In this document: positions 22,970-33,347 of the stretch, in pieces | How the letters are laid out: each line of letters opens with the position of its first letter | How positions within the stretch are numbered: position 1 is the first letter of the stretch | DNA from: an uncultured Woeseia sp. | GTDB taxonomy: Bacteria; Pseudomonadota; Gammaproteobacteria; Steroidobacterales; UBA11654 | Assembly: GCA_964454905.1 (NCBI GenBank) | Contig: CAYVTR010000004.1 | Location: 7,309 to 71,308, forward strand | Reading direction: 5' to 3' | DNA length: 64,000 nt | Position numbers and translations under genes: made by a program | Notes under the pieces: model-generated | Database searches by the model: none | Seen by the model: only the letters and a program-made list of their open reading frames with translations | What the model was told of the DNA's origin: nothing

Positions 22970-23383
22970 ATGTTACAACCAAAAAGAACAAAGTATAGAA
23001 AGCAGATGAAGGGAAAGAATAGAGGTTTGGCTTCACGAGGAAGCTCTGTTAGTTTTGGTGAATATGGCCTTAAAGCAACCGGAAGAGGCAGAATTACTGC
23101 TAGACAGATTGAGGCAGCAAGAAGAGCCATGACAAGGCATATAAAGAGAGGCGGTAAAATCTGGATAAGAATATTCCCAGACAAACCAATTACTAAAAAA
23201 CCTCTAGAAGTAAGACAAGGTAAGGGTAAAGGTAATGTGGAATATTGGGTTGCACAAATACAGCCAGGAAGAATTTTATATGAAATGAGCGGCGTTGAAG
23301 AAACCTTAGCTGAAGAGGCTTTTAAGCTTGCAGCTGCGAAACTTCCAATAGGTACCAAGTTTGTAAGTAGAGACATTATATGA
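22970..23383 (+). CDS. rplP: 50S ribosomal protein L16
   Basis: [16 protein letters not shown]-terminus. 137 aa. Confidence 0.97.
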   Translation: MLQPKRTKYRKQMKGKNRGLASRGSSVSFGEYGLKATGRGRITARQIEAARRAMTRHIKRGGKIWIRIFPDKPITKKPLEVRQGKGKGNVEYWVAQIQPGRILYEMSGVEETLAEEAFKLAAAKLPIGTKFVSRDII

Positions 23384-23574
23384 TTGATCTAAATGAAATT
23401 AGAGCAAAACAAAAGGATGATATAGAAAAGATTTTGAATGATCTTCTTGATGAGCAATTTAAGTTAAAGCTACAAGCTGCTACAGGTCAATTGGCTAATT
23501 CAAATCAGTCTAAGAGAGTTAGAAAAGATATAGCTAGAATAAAAACAATTTTGAAAGAGAAGGGAAATGACTGA
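23380..23574 (+). CDS. rpmC: 50S ribosomal protein L29
   Basis: 64 aa coiled protein in the conserved slot. ATGA overlap with rplP. Confidence 0.92.
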   Translation: MIDLNEIRAKQKDDIEKILNDLLDEQFKLKLQAATGQLANSNQSKRVRKDIARIKTILKEKGND

Positions 23575-23839
23575 AGAAGTGGAAAAAAAAGAAAAGAAAA
23601 GTATTACTGGGAAAGTGGTTAGTAACTCAATGGAGAAGACTGTAACAGTTTCTATTGAAAGACGGTTAAGGCATCCGCTTTATAACAAATATATTTATAA
23701 GACTACAAAAATTCTAGTTCATGATGAGGAAATGGTTTCAAAAGTTGGAGATATTGTATCTATACAAGAGACAAAACCTATTTCAAAGAAAAAATCATGG
23801 ATATTAAATAAAGTTATAAAAACTTCACATGCAGAGTAA
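23567..23839 (+). CDS. rpsQ: 30S ribosomal protein S17
   Basis: [24 protein letters not shown] block. Overlaps the rpmC 3' end by 8 nt. Confidence 0.94.
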   Translation: MTEEVEKKEKKSITGKVVSNSMEKTVTVSIERRLRHPLYNKYIYKTTKILVHDEEMVSKVGDIVSIQETKPISKKKSWILNKVIKTSHAE

Positions 23840-23843
23840 ATAA

Positions 23844-24212
23844 ATGATTCAAACGGAAACAGTTTTAAGTATTGCCGATAATAGTGGGGCTAGAAAGGTT
23901 TTATGCATTAAAGTGCTTGGTGGTTCCAAGAAGAGGTATGCAAGAATCGGTGACATTATTAAAGTCACTGTTAAGGATGCAATACCTAGAGGCAAAGTAA
24001 AAAAAGGCGATGTTTATGATGCGCTTGTTGTGAGAACAAAACATGGGGTTAGAAGAGCAGATGGGTCACTCATTAGGTTTGACGGTAATGCTGCAGTTCT
24101 GCTTGATAACAAAAAAGAGCCTATTGGTACAAGAGTTTTCGGTCCAGTTACTAGAGAGCTTAGAGCTAAAAACTATTTAAAAATAATTTCACTTGCCCCA
24201 GAGGTCATTTAA
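23844..24212 (+). CDS. rplN: 50S ribosomal protein L14
   Basis: [17 protein letters not shown]-terminus. 122 aa. Confidence 0.97.
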   Translation: MIQTETVLSIADNSGARKVLCIKVLGGSKKRYARIGDIIKVTVKDAIPRGKVKKGDVYDALVVRTKHGVRRADGSLIRFDGNAAVLLDNKKEPIGTRVFGPVTRELRAKNYLKIISLAPEVI

Positions 24213-24222
24213 GAGGTTTAGA

Positions 24223-24540
24223 TTGAAGAAAATAAAAAAAGGTGATGATGTTACTGTTCTAACTGGAAAGGATAAGGGCAGAACTGGACAAGTTTTGAGT
24301 GTTTTGGGTGATTCTAAAGTACTGGTGGAGAATATTAATATCGTGAAGAAACATCAAAAAGGTAACCCTAACACTGGTCAGGAATCTGGAATAGTAGAAA
24401 AAGAAATGCCTATTCATATTTCAAATGTCATGCTCATGAATCCTCTAACCAATAAAGGGGATAAAATAGGAATTAAGCAATTAGAAGACGGCACAAAAGT
24501 AAGATTTTTTAAATCAAATAATGAAGTTGTAGATATATAA
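24223..24540 (+). CDS. rplX: 50S ribosomal protein L24
   Basis: KOW block [21 protein letters not shown] prefer the in-frame TTG at 24223 (AAGAGG 6 nt upstream, 10 nt after the rplN stop, gives 105 aa). The ORF-track TTG at 24193 would overlap rplN by 20 nt. Confidence 0.9.
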   Translation: MKKIKKGDDVTVLTGKDKGRTGQVLSVLGDSKVLVENINIVKKHQKGNPNTGQESGIVEKEMPIHISNVMLMNPLTNKGDKIGIKQLEDGTKVRFFKSNNEVVDI

Positions 24541-24542
24541 CA

Positions 24543-25184
24543 ATGGCAAGATTAAAAGAACAATATATGCAAGATATAAGGCCTGGGTTACAGAAAAAAC
24601 TTGGTCTTAGTAATCTAATGGAAGTACCTCAGATTAAAAAAATTACTCTTAATATGGGCGTAGGTGAAGTGCTCCAAGATAAAAAGGCCATTGAGAAGGC
24701 TCAGTCTGACATGGAGAAATTATCTGGACAAAAAGCAATAATTACTAGAGCTCGGAAATCAGTTGCTTCTTTTAAAATCAGAGAAGGTATGCCTATTGGG
24801 GTCAAGGTTACACTCAGAAAAGACAGAATGTATGAATTTCTTGATCGATTAATCAATATTGCATTACCTAGAGTAAGAGATTTTAGAGGCTTGAGTAATA
24901 AATCATTTGATGGCACTGGTAATTATACTATCGGTGTTAAAGAACAGATTATTTTTCCAGAAATTGATTATGACAGTATAGACAGGATAAGAGGTCTTGA
25001 TATTAGCATAACAACTACTGCAAAAAATAATGAGGAAGCTTTTGCTTTGTTAAAAGCCTTTAATTTCCCAATAAAGGAAAAAACCAGAAAGGAAGACATA
25101 AAGGAAACAGAAGTTGAAGCTCAACCAGAAGCAACAGAAGTTGAAGCTCAACCAGAAGCAACAGATCAAAAGGAAGAGAAATAA
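24543..25184 (+). CDS. rplE: 50S ribosomal protein L5 with repeat-containing acidic C-terminal extension
   Basis: MARLKEQY.., NLMEVP.I.KI.LNMGVGE blocks. 213 aa versus about 179; the homologous part ends near NFPIK and a 35-aa tail follows. Confidence 0.96.
   Translation: MARLKEQYMQDIRPGLQKKLGLSNLMEVPQIKKITLNMGVGEVLQDKKAIEKAQSDMEKLSGQKAIITRARKSVASFKIREGMPIGVKVTLRKDRMYEFLDRLINIALPRVRDFRGLSNKSFDGTGNYTIGVKEQIIFPEIDYDSIDRIRGLDISITTTAKNNEEAFALLKAFNFPIKEKTRKEDIKETEVEAQPEATEVEAQPEATDQKEEK
25107..25160 (+). repeat. perfect 27-nt tandem duplication inside the rplE 3' end
   Basis: ACAGAAGTTGAAGCTCAACCAGAAGCA at 25107-25133 and again at 25134-25160, in frame (TEVEAQPEA x2). A third copy begins (ACAGA). 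Confidence 0.95.
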
Positions 25185-25185
25185 A

Positions 25186-25491
25186 ATGACAAGAAAGGCA
25201 ATCGTTCAGAGAGAATTAAAAAGGGTTAAAACGGTCAAACGTTTTGCAGAGAAACGAGCGGCATTGAAGAAAATAATGAATGATCCCAACTCAAGTTATG
25301 ATGAAAAAAATGATGCAAGAATTAAATTTCAGAAAATGCCAAGAAATGCTAGCCCCTCAAGACTAAGAAATCGTTGTGCAATTACTGGAAGACCAAAAGG
25401 TTTTTATAGAAAGTTTGGATTAGGACGAAGTAAATTGAGAGAACAAGCAATGAAGGGAAATATACCCGGATTGCATAAAGCAAGCTGGTAA
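25186..25491 (+). CDS. rpsN: 30S ribosomal protein S14
   Basis: From ATG 25186 the product is 101 aa ending [21 protein letters not shown]...ASW. The ORF-track start 25114 would overlap rplE. Confidence 0.95.
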   Translation: MTRKAIVQRELKRVKTVKRFAEKRAALKKIMNDPNSSYDEKNDARIKFQKMPRNASPSRLRNRCAITGRPKGFYRKFGLGRSKLREQAMKGNIPGLHKASW

Positions 25492-25509
25492 TAGATTAGG
25501 AATAAGATT

Positions 25510-25908
25510 ATGACAATGACAGATCCAATAGCAGATATGCTAACTAGAATTAGGAATGCACATAAGATAAATGCAGTGTCTGTGTTGATTCCTAATTCAA
25601 AAATTAAACAAAATATTGCCAAAGTTCTCTATGAGGAAGGTTACATCAGTGCTTATAGTGTTGAGGAGCTTGATAATAATAAGAGCCATATTGTAATTGA
25701 ATTAAAATATTTTGAAGGCAAGCCTGTTATAGAAAAAATTGATAGAGTTAGTAGACCAGGTTTGAGGATCTATCGATCACAAAATGATTTACCCAAAGTT
25801 ATGGGTGGTTTAGGTATAGCAGTGGTGTCTACCTCAAAAGGTATTATGAGTGACCGACAAGCTAGGCAAGATGGTTGTGGCGGTGAAGTTTTGTGTGTGG
25901 TGGCTTAA
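25510..25908 (+). CDS. rpsH: 30S ribosomal protein S8
   Basis: [15 protein letters not shown] matches the E. coli S8 N-terminus. Confidence 0.96.
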   Translation: MTMTDPIADMLTRIRNAHKINAVSVLIPNSKIKQNIAKVLYEEGYISAYSVEELDNNKSHIVIELKYFEGKPVIEKIDRVSRPGLRIYRSQNDLPKVMGGLGIAVVSTSKGIMSDRQARQDGCGGEVLCVVA

Positions 25909-25911
25909 ATT

Positions 25912-26451
25912 ATGTCAAGAATAGCAAAACAACCTGTTAGTTTTCCCGAGTCTGTTCAGATCTCGATTAAGGATGATGAGATTTTACACATTCAAGGAGA
26001 AAAGGGAGAACTAGAATTGAATTTGATTAGCCAGGTCGCAGTCAAGATAGAAAGTGATCAGTTATTAGTTAATTCAACATCAAAATCAAAATTCTCTAGG
26101 GCTGCTGCTGGGACATTTAGGAGCTTGATTAACAATATGGTTATAGGTGTTACTGAAGGTTATAAAAAAGAATTAGAATTGGTGGGGGTTGGTTATCGTG
26201 CTAAAACTCAAGGAAAGATGCTAAATTTGACATTAGGATTTTCGCATCCCGTTAATTATCAAATACCAGATGGTATAGAGATTTCAACACCTTCTCAAAC
26301 AGAGGTTCTCATCAATGGAATTGATAAACAAAAGGTAGGTCAGGTTGCAGCTGAGCTAAGAGCAATTAGACCACCAGAGCCATATAAGGGAAAAGGAGTA
26401 AGGTATAAAAACGAGCAAATTACCTTAAAGGAAACTAAGAAACAAGTATAG
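25912..26451 (+). CDS. rplF: 50S ribosomal protein L6
   Basis: MSRIAKQPV N-terminus, GVGYRA and PEPYKGKGVRY blocks. Confidence 0.96.
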   Translation: MSRIAKQPVSFPESVQISIKDDEILHIQGEKGELELNLISQVAVKIESDQLLVNSTSKSKFSRAAAGTFRSLINNMVIGVTEGYKKELELVGVGYRAKTQGKMLNLTLGFSHPVNYQIPDGIEISTPSQTEVLINGIDKQKVGQVAAELRAIRPPEPYKGKGVRYKNEQITLKETKKQV

Positions 26452-26466
26452 GATTTTATAAATAAA

Positions 26467-26829
26467 ATGATTTCAAAATTAGAAAAAAGACTTCGAAGAT
26501 CTAGAAAAACTCGGTCTAGAATCAAAATGCTGGAAGCCTATAGACTAAGTGTTCATAGGTCATCAAAGCATATCTATGCTCAAATTACATCACCACAAGA
26601 CAATACTGTTGTTGCTGCTGCATCTAGCCTTGATCCAGAAATTAAAAAGCTTATTACTGATAAAACTAAAGGAAAAGTTGATGTCGCTAGAATAGTAGGT
26701 GAATCAATTGCTGAAAAGGCTAAAACAGCAAAAATAGATAAAGTTGCGTTTGATCGTTCAGGTTTTTTATATCATGGTCGAGTCAAGGCTTTAGCTGAGG
26801 CGGCAAGAGAAAAAGGACTTAATTTTTAA
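26467..26829 (+). CDS. rplR: 50S ribosomal protein L18
   Basis: [15 protein letters not shown] and [24 protein letters not shown] blocks. Confidence 0.96.
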   Translation: MISKLEKRLRRSRKTRSRIKMLEAYRLSVHRSSKHIYAQITSPQDNTVVAAASSLDPEIKKLITDKTKGKVDVARIVGESIAEKAKTAKIDKVAFDRSGFLYHGRVKALAEAAREKGLNF

Positions 26830-26842
26830 CTATAAAAATATT

Positions 26843-27340
26843 ATGAATACAGAAAGACAAAATGATGATCTGATAGAAAAGTTAGTAGCGGTTAATAGAG
26901 TTGCTAAAGTTGTAAAAGGAGGAAGGCAATTTGGTTTTGCAGCGATAACTGTTGTTGGTAACGGCAAAGGAAAGATTGGAATGGGCTATGGAAAGGCCAA
27001 AGAAGTCCCCTTAGCAATTCAAAAAGCCATGCAGGCTGCAAGAAAAGATCTTCATCAAGTAGCTTTAAATAAAGAGACAATTTATTACGAAGTAAATGGT
27101 AGACATGGTGCCTCTAAAGTTTATATGCAACCAGCAGCAGATGGTACAGGTATTATAGCCGGGGGTGCTATGCGTGCTGTTTTTGAATGTGTTGGCATAA
27201 GAAATATTTTGGCAAAGAGTTATGGATCAAGGAATCCTATAAATTTAGTAAGAGCAACAATTAATGCACTTGACTCAATGAGATCGCCACGAAGAGTAGC
27301 AAAACGAAGAGGCATTCCTGTCCAAAAAATATTTACCTAG
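26843..27340 (+). CDS. rpsE: 30S ribosomal protein S5
   Basis: [16 protein letters not shown] and [13 protein letters not shown] blocks. Confidence 0.96.
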   Translation: MNTERQNDDLIEKLVAVNRVAKVVKGGRQFGFAAITVVGNGKGKIGMGYGKAKEVPLAIQKAMQAARKDLHQVALNKETIYYEVNGRHGASKVYMQPAADGTGIIAGGAMRAVFECVGIRNILAKSYGSRNPINLVRATINALDSMRSPRRVAKRRGIPVQKIFT

Positions 27341-27342
27341 TT

Positions 27343-27534
27343 ATGAGTAAGAGTTCAAAAAAAATAAAAATTAAATTGGTTAAAAGTCGATTTGGAAGGA
27401 TTAAGAAGCATAAAGCTTCTCTTTCCGGTCTGGGCTTAAGGAAAATTAATCAGGTTATTGAATTGGATGCTACACCAGAAAATCTGGGCATGGTTAATCA
27501 AGTTAGGTACCTTCTAGAAGTTGAGGAAGTGTAA
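27343..27534 (+). CDS. rpmD: 50S ribosomal protein L30
   Basis: 63 aa in the conserved slot, with LGLRKINQ pattern. Confidence 0.92.
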   Translation: MSKSSKKIKIKLVKSRFGRIKKHKASLSGLGLRKINQVIELDATPENLGMVNQVRYLLEVEEV

Positions 27535-27969
27535 ATGAAATTAAATACTTTAAAACCAAATGTAGGCAGCCGATCTAAAAAATTTAGGAAGGGAAAGGGT
27601 CATGCATCTGGACTTGGAAAAACTTCAGGAAGAGGGCATAAAGGTCAAAAAGCAAGATCTGGTGGTTTTCATAAGGTTGGTTTTGAGGGTGGACAAATGC
27701 CACTCCAAAGACGGCTACCTAAAAGAGGTTTTACGTCCCTAAATAAAAAGGAAACTTCTGAATTAAGATTGGATCAACTTGAAAAAGTAAAAGCAGACAT
27801 CATCGACCTAGATGCTTTAAAAAATGAGAATCTAGTGCCTAGATATATTCAAAAGATAAAAATTATTGCAACAGGTGAATTGAATAAGGCTGTTACTATT
27901 CAAGGATTATCGCTTTCAGAAAATGCAAAAAAAGCAGTGATAAATTCAGGTGGAAAAATTTTAGGTTAA
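27535..27969 (+). CDS. rplO: 50S ribosomal protein L15
   Basis: MKLNTLKP.. [20 protein letters not shown] and [17 protein letters not shown] blocks. Confidence 0.96.
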   Translation: MKLNTLKPNVGSRSKKFRKGKGHASGLGKTSGRGHKGQKARSGGFHKVGFEGGQMPLQRRLPKRGFTSLNKKETSELRLDQLEKVKADIIDLDALKNENLVPRYIQKIKIIATGELNKAVTIQGLSLSENAKKAVINSGGKILG

Positions 27970-27970
27970 T

Positions 27971-29314
27971 ATGGCTAAAACAACAAAAAATACTGCAAGA
28001 TCAGCCTTAGGTGAAATGACAAGATTTGTTGAATTAAGGCAAAGACTCCTTTTCCTTATGGGCGCCTTAATTATCTATAGAATTGGTACTTATATTCCTG
28101 TACCTGGGATAGATCCTAACGCTCTACAAAATTTCTTTGAAGAACAATCAGGAACTATTCTAAGCATGTTTAATATGTTCTCTGGTGGAGCACTAGAAAG
28201 ACTAAGTATTTTTGCATTAGGTATATTTCCATATATTTCTTGTTCAATTGTTATGCAAATGGCTAGCGTTACTATTCCATCACTAAAAGAGTTAAAAAAG
28301 GAAGGTGAGTCAGGTAGAAGAAAAATAACTCAATACACAAGATATGGAACAGTTTTTCTTGCCTCATTTCAATCAATCGGCGCCTCAATTGCATTACAAA
28401 ATCAAGGGGTTGTTGTCAGTCCAGGATTTAATTTTGTATTTACCTCATGCGTTACATTAGTTACAGGAACAATGTTTCTAATGTGGTTAGGAGAGCAAAT
28501 TACAGAAAGAGGTTTGGGTAACGGCATTTCAATGATTATTTTAGCCAGTATTATTTCGGGATTGCCTTCAGCAATAGGAGGAACTCTTGAGTTGGCAAAT
28601 ACAGGTGAAATATCCCCTGCTTTAGTCTTGATTCTGCTAATGTTGATAATCTCTGTGATAACTTTTGTAGTTTTTGTTGAGAGAGGCCAGAGAAGAATTC
28701 CAGTCAACTACGCTAAAAGACAACAAGGCAGGAAATTAATGCAAAGTCAATCAACCCATTTGCCTTTTAAAATAAACATGTCAGGAGTGATACCACCAAT
28801 CTTTGCATCAAGTATAATTTTATTTCCTGCAACAATTGCTAGTTGGTTTGGAACTTCTGAAGGGTTCGATTGGTTACAAAATATTGCTGCACAATTATCG
28901 CCTGGGCAACCAGTCTATATACTTTTGTATGCATCACTTATCATGTTTTTCTGCTTTTTTTACACTGCACTGGTTTTTGATTCTAAAGACACAGCTGAGA
29001 ATCTCCAAAGGTCAGGAGCTTTTATGCCTGGAATAAGACCTGGACATCAAACATCACAATATATAGATAAAGTGTTAACAAGGTTAACATTTTGGGGCGG
29101 ATTGTATATCATGCTCGTCTGTTTACTTCCTGAGTTTATGATTCTCTACTTTAGAGTACCATTTTACTTTGGTGGAACATCTTTGCTAATTATAGTTGTG
29201 GTTACTATGGATTTCATGGCTCAAATGCAGGCATTAATGATGTCCAAACAGTATGAGGGTCTTTTGAAAAAGGCTAACCTCAAAGGATACGGTAAAGGCG
29301 GTCAACTAAGATAG
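27971..29314 (+). CDS. secY: preprotein translocase subunit SecY
   Basis: 447-aa 10-TM protein in the conserved position after rplO. LGIFPYI and [14 protein letters not shown] blocks. Confidence 0.97.
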   Translation: MAKTTKNTARSALGEMTRFVELRQRLLFLMGALIIYRIGTYIPVPGIDPNALQNFFEEQSGTILSMFNMFSGGALERLSIFALGIFPYISCSIVMQMASVTIPSLKELKKEGESGRRKITQYTRYGTVFLASFQSIGASIALQNQGVVVSPGFNFVFTSCVTLVTGTMFLMWLGEQITERGLGNGISMIILASIISGLPSAIGGTLELANTGEISPALVLILLMLIISVITFVVFVERGQRRIPVNYAKRQQGRKLMQSQSTHLPFKINMSGVIPPIFASSIILFPATIASWFGTSEGFDWLQNIAAQLSPGQPVYILLYASLIMFFCFFYTALVFDSKDTAENLQRSGAFMPGIRPGHQTSQYIDKVLTRLTFWGGLYIMLVCLLPEFMILYFRVPFYFGGTSLLIIVVVTMDFMAQMQALMMSKQYEGLLKKANLKGYGKGGQLR

Positions 29315-29330
29315 GGAATGAAAAGTAGAA

Positions 29331-29444
29331 ATGAAAGTTAGAGCATCAGTCAAAAAAATATGCAGGAATTGCAAGGTGATACGTAGAAATGGCGTAGTAC
29401 GAGTTGTTTGCAAAGATCCTAGGCACAAGCAAAGGCAGGGCTAA
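29331..29444 (+). CDS. rpmJ: 50S ribosomal protein L36
   Basis: Not in the ORF track (too short). Hand translation gives [37 protein letters not shown]-stop, the canonical L36 sequence, between secY and rpsM. Confidence 0.93.
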   Translation: MKVRASVKKICRNCKVIRRNGVVRVVCKDPRHKQRQG

Positions 29445-29448
29445 CATA

Positions 29449-29805
29449 ATGGCTAGAATAGCAGGAGTTAATATACCCGATAATAAGCATGTTAGAGTTT
29501 CACTGACCTATGTTTATGGTGTTGGCAATTCATTATCAAAGAAACTTTGTGAAAAGCTAAGTATTGCTGAGGATAAAAAAGTAATGGACCTCACAGAACA
29601 AGAATTAGAGAGCATAAGAACTGAATTAAGCAACCATCTAGTTGAAGGTGATTTGAGAAGAGAAATATCAACTAATATTAAAAGATTAATGGATCTCGGT
29701 TGTTACCGAGGTATAAGACATAGAAAAGGGTTACCAGTCAGAGGACAAAAAAGTAAAACTAATGCAAGAACTAGAAAGGGGCCTAAAAAACCCATGAGAG
29801 CATAA
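29449..29805 (+). CDS. rpsM: 30S ribosomal protein S13
   Basis: From ATG 29449 the N-terminus is [10 protein letters not shown] (118 aa). The ORF-track start 29404 lies inside rpmJ. Confidence 0.96.
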   Translation: MARIAGVNIPDNKHVRVSLTYVYGVGNSLSKKLCEKLSIAEDKKVMDLTEQELESIRTELSNHLVEGDLRREISTNIKRLMDLGCYRGIRHRKGLPVRGQKSKTNARTRKGPKKPMRA

Positions 29806-29820
29806 CAGCGAGTATAAATA

Positions 29821-30201
29821 ATGGCAGTAACAAAGAAGAAAAAATCAAAAAAGACTGTAATTGAAGGTATTGCACATATTCATGCAACCTTTAATAATAC
29901 AATAATCACCATTACTGACCGAGCAGGAAACACTATAGCTTGGGCTACTGCTGGTGGCTCAGGATTTAGAGGATCAAGAAAAAGTACACCGTTTGCAGCA
30001 CAAGTTGCTGCAGAGAAAGCTGGAACCAAGGCACAAGAGTTTGGTTTAAAAGATATATTAGTTAAAGTTAAAGGACCAGGCCCTGGACGAGATTCTGCAT
30101 TAAGATCTCTTAATGCAATTGGGCTTCATATTGTTAGCATAGAAGATGTAACACCTTTACCACATAATGGTTGCAGACCACCAAAACAAAGAAGAGTTTA
30201 G
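29821..30201 (+). CDS. rpsK: 30S ribosomal protein S11
   Basis: [18 protein letters not shown] and [15 protein letters not shown] blocks. Confidence 0.96.
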   Translation: MAVTKKKKSKKTVIEGIAHIHATFNNTIITITDRAGNTIAWATAGGSGFRGSRKSTPFAAQVAAEKAGTKAQEFGLKDILVKVKGPGPGRDSALRSLNAIGLHIVSIEDVTPLPHNGCRPPKQRRV

Positions 30202-30212
30202 AGGTATTTATC

Positions 30213-30836
30213 ATGGCAAGATATTTAGGACCAAAATGTAAGTTATCGCGAAGAGAAGGAACAGACTTGTTTCTTAAAAGCGGTATCAAACCCATAGAAA
30301 ACAAATGCAAACTTAATACAATACCTGGATCAAGGGTAGGCTCTAGAAGAGAGAGGTTATCTGATTATGGAATCCAATTGAGAGAGAAACAAAAATTAAG
30401 AAGAATGTATGGTGTTTTAGAGAAACAATTTAGGAATTATTATAAGAAGGCTTCTAAAATCAAAGGTTCAACAGGAGAAAACCTATTAAAATTGTTGGAG
30501 ACACGTTTAGATAATATGGTCTATAGAATGGGTTTTGCTGTAACTAGAGCTGAAGCGAGACAATTAGTGAACCATAAAGCTATAAAAGTTAATGGATCCA
30601 TAATCAATATCCCATCCTTTCAAGTTTCAGCTAGTGATGAGATTTCCATAACCAAAAAAGCACAAGAACAACTAAGAATAAAGAATGCTGTGAATATTGC
30701 TTCTCAATTAGGTATTAGTGAATGGCTATCGGTAGATTTAAAGCAGTTAAAGGGCATTGTTAACTCAATACCAGAAAGGGAGGATATACTCCCAGATATT
30801 AATGAAAACTTAGTAGTGGAATATTATTCTAAGTAA
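30213..30836 (+). CDS. rpsD: 30S ribosomal protein S4
   Basis: From ATG 30213 the N-terminus is [16 protein letters not shown] (207 aa). The ORF-track start 30171 overlaps rpsK. Confidence 0.96.
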   Translation: MARYLGPKCKLSRREGTDLFLKSGIKPIENKCKLNTIPGSRVGSRRERLSDYGIQLREKQKLRRMYGVLEKQFRNYYKKASKIKGSTGENLLKLLETRLDNMVYRMGFAVTRAEARQLVNHKAIKVNGSIINIPSFQVSASDEISITKKAQEQLRIKNAVNIASQLGISEWLSVDLKQLKGIVNSIPEREDILPDINENLVVEYYSK

Positions 30837-30854
30837 TTTAGGAGTCAAGATAAA

Positions 30855-31907
30855 ATGTTAGAAGATGAGAAAAATATTATTGAAGAAATAGTTGAAGAGG
30901 AAGAAATAGAAAAAGAAGAAATTGTCATTGATCTTCTTAATCCTCTGGTCATAAAGCTAGAATCACAAGAAGATGAACGTCATTCAAAAGTTTCTATAGA
31001 GCCTTTTGAAAGAGGCTTTGGATATACTTTAGGTAATGCATTAAGGCGGGTTTTACTGTCAAGCTTGCCTGGTTATGCAATTACAGAAGTACAGATAGAT
31101 GGGGTTTTACATGAATACACCACTATTGAGGGTGTGCAGGAAGATGTTGTGGAAATTCTTCTAAACCTTAAGGGTGTAGCAATCAATATACAAGGAAGAG
31201 ATACAGCAGAATTTGTCTTGAGTAAGAAGGGACCATGTACTGTTACAGCTGGTGATATTCAATTAGATGCAGATACAAAGGTAGTGAATCCTGATCACCA
31301 TATAGCCACGATTAGCTCCAAAAAAGAACTTAAGATGCAAATAAAAGTAGAGAAGGGCACTGGTTATAGGCCTGTGGCTACACAGAGCAAGGAGACTGAT
31401 GCAACTATAGGTTTATTAAAACTTGATGCGTCATTTAGCCCAATAATAACTGTAACTTACAGTGTCGAAGCCGCTCGGGTTGAACAGCGAACGGATTTAG
31501 ACAAGCTCATTGTTGATTTAGAAACTGATGGAACCATTGAACCTGAAAGAGCAATTAAATATGCTGGAGCAATTCTTCAGAATCAGTTAAGTATTTTTAC
31601 TGATTTGACTAGAGTTCAAGAACAGCAACAAGAAGAGGAAGAAGTCTTAATAGATCCTATTATGTTGAGACCTGTTGATGAGCTGGAATTAACGGTCCGC
31701 TCAGCAAATTGTCTTAAAGCTGAAAATGCCAACTATATTGGTGATTTAGTGCAAAAAACAGAGGTCGAGTTATTAAGAACTCCCAATCTTGGAAAGAAAT
31801 CTTTAAATGAAATCAAAGAAATATTGGCAAGCCATGATTTATCCTTAGGTATGGAGTTAGATAATTGGCCACCAAAAGAAATAGCTGTTGATGAGGTAAG
31901 GCAATAA
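30855..31907 (+). CDS. rpoA: DNA-directed RNA polymerase subunit alpha with acidic N-terminal extension
   Basis: [20 protein letters not shown] block and CTD block [27 protein letters not shown] 10 nt upstream of the only canonical start. 350 aa versus 329 in E. coli. Confidence 0.96.
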   Translation: MLEDEKNIIEEIVEEEEIEKEEIVIDLLNPLVIKLESQEDERHSKVSIEPFERGFGYTLGNALRRVLLSSLPGYAITEVQIDGVLHEYTTIEGVQEDVVEILLNLKGVAINIQGRDTAEFVLSKKGPCTVTAGDIQLDADTKVVNPDHHIATISSKKELKMQIKVEKGTGYRPVATQSKETDATIGLLKLDASFSPIITVTYSVEAARVEQRTDLDKLIVDLETDGTIEPERAIKYAGAILQNQLSIFTDLTRVQEQQQEEEEVLIDPIMLRPVDELELTVRSANCLKAENANYIGDLVQKTEVELLRTPNLGKKSLNEIKEILASHDLSLGMELDNWPPKEIAVDEVRQ

Positions 31908-31935
31908 GGTTTATATTGTTAATTAAGGATGAATC

Positions 31936-32325
31936 ATGAGACATAGAAAAACAGGTAGACGCTTAGGAAGAACAAGCAGTCATAGAAAGTCTATGTACAA
32001 AAACATGGCTTCGTCTCTTATTGAGCATGAATCAATATCAACCACGCTACCAAAGGCAAAGGAATTGAGAAAGACTTTAGAGCCATTAATTACTCTAGCT
32101 AAAGAAGATGGGGTCTCACAGAGAAGAAGGGCGTTTGATCTATTGAGAGATAAGCAAGCAGTTGGGAAGTTATTTAATGAATTAGGCCCAAGGTTTAAGG
32201 ACAGACCTGGCGGATATCTTAGAATACTTAGAAAAGGTATTAGAAATGGAGATACTGCACCTATGGCAATAGTCCAACTTGTTGATTATCAATTTGATAA
32301 AGATCTAGATGAACTTCCTGAATAA
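31936..32325 (+). CDS. rplQ: 50S ribosomal protein L17
   Basis: [21 protein letters not shown]-terminus. Confidence 0.96.
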   Translation: MRHRKTGRRLGRTSSHRKSMYKNMASSLIEHESISTTLPKAKELRKTLEPLITLAKEDGVSQRRRAFDLLRDKQAVGKLFNELGPRFKDRPGGYLRILRKGIRNGDTAPMAIVQLVDYQFDKDLDELPE

Positions 32326-32336
32326 TTTCTTATATT

Positions 32337-33347
32337 TTGGATAGAAGAACTATATTAACTGGCATTACCACTACGGGGACACCTCATCTTGGTAATTATG
32401 CTGGAGCGATCAATCAAGCAATTCAATCAAGTAAGAATGCAGAACATAATTCCTTTTTTTTCTTAGCTGATTATCATTCCCTTATTAAAAATAAAAATCC
32501 TGAAGAAATAAGACAATCCTCTGTAGAGGTAGCTGCAACTTGGATTGCATTAGGTCTTGATACAAAAAAGACAATTTTTTATAGGCAATCAGATATTCCA
32601 GAAATTTTAGAGTTAAATTGGATACTGAATAACTTCACAGCAAAAGGATTGATGAATAGGGCACATGCTTATAAATCAGCTGTCAATGCGAATCAAAGCA
32701 ATAATGATTCTGATCCTGATAAAGGAATTAACATGGGCTTATTTTCATACCCTGTGCTTATGGCAGCAGACATACTAATGTTTAAAGCATCCCATGTGCC
32801 TGTAGGACAAGATCAGATACAACATTTAGAAATGACCAGAGATATAGCTCAGAGATTTAATCATCTACATGGTGAAATATTTGTCATTCCTGAAGCGATT
32901 CTGAACAAGAAGTCTTCAGTGCTTCCAGGTTTGGATGGAAGAAAAATGAGTAAAAGTTATAACAATTTTATTCCTCTTTTTTGTTCCTCTGATGATCTGC
33001 GTAAATTTGTAATGAAGATAAAAACTAATTCATTGGAGCCAGGTGAACCCAAATCAACTGATGATTCTCATTTATATGATATATATAAGGCTTTTGGAAC
33101 AGATGATCAAACTAATAGTTTTAAGAACAAATTACAGGAAGGAATGAGTTGGGGAGATGCCAAACAAGAATTATTTGAGTTATTAGATAGCATATTATCA
33201 GATTCAAGAGATGAGTATTATAGACTCATTAAAGATCCTTCTCATCTCAATGCACTTTTGCTGAATGGCGCTCAAAGAGCTAGAGAATTATCAGTGCCTT
33301 TTTTATCAGAAATTAGACAATTGGTAGGCATAGGTTCACTGACTTAG
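32337..33347 (+). CDS. trpS: tryptophan--tRNA ligase
   Basis: Class I motifs TGTPHLGNY (HIGH-type) and KMSKS. 336 aa. TTG start 11 nt after rplQ. Confidence 0.93.
   Translation: MDRRTILTGITTTGTPHLGNYAGAINQAIQSSKNAEHNSFFFLADYHSLIKNKNPEEIRQSSVEVAATWIALGLDTKKTIFYRQSDIPEILELNWILNNFTAKGLMNRAHAYKSAVNANQSNNDSDPDKGINMGLFSYPVLMAADILMFKASHVPVGQDQIQHLEMTRDIAQRFNHLHGEIFVIPEAILNKKSSVLPGLDGRKMSKSYNNFIPLFCSSDDLRKFVMKIKTNSLEPGEPKSTDDSHLYDIYKAFGTDDQTNSFKNKLQEGMSWGDAKQELFELLDSILSDSRDEYYRLIKDPSHLNALLLNGAQRARELSVPFLSEIRQLVGIGSLT

Noticed and set aside
22930-23376. 148-aa minus-strand ORF
   Set aside because: It is entirely antisense to rplP, with a low-complexity Leu/Ser/Ala-rich product and no start context. 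The same reasoning applies to the many 60-120 aa antisense ORFs inside tuf, rpoB, rpoC, fusA, uvrA, secY, leuS and others.
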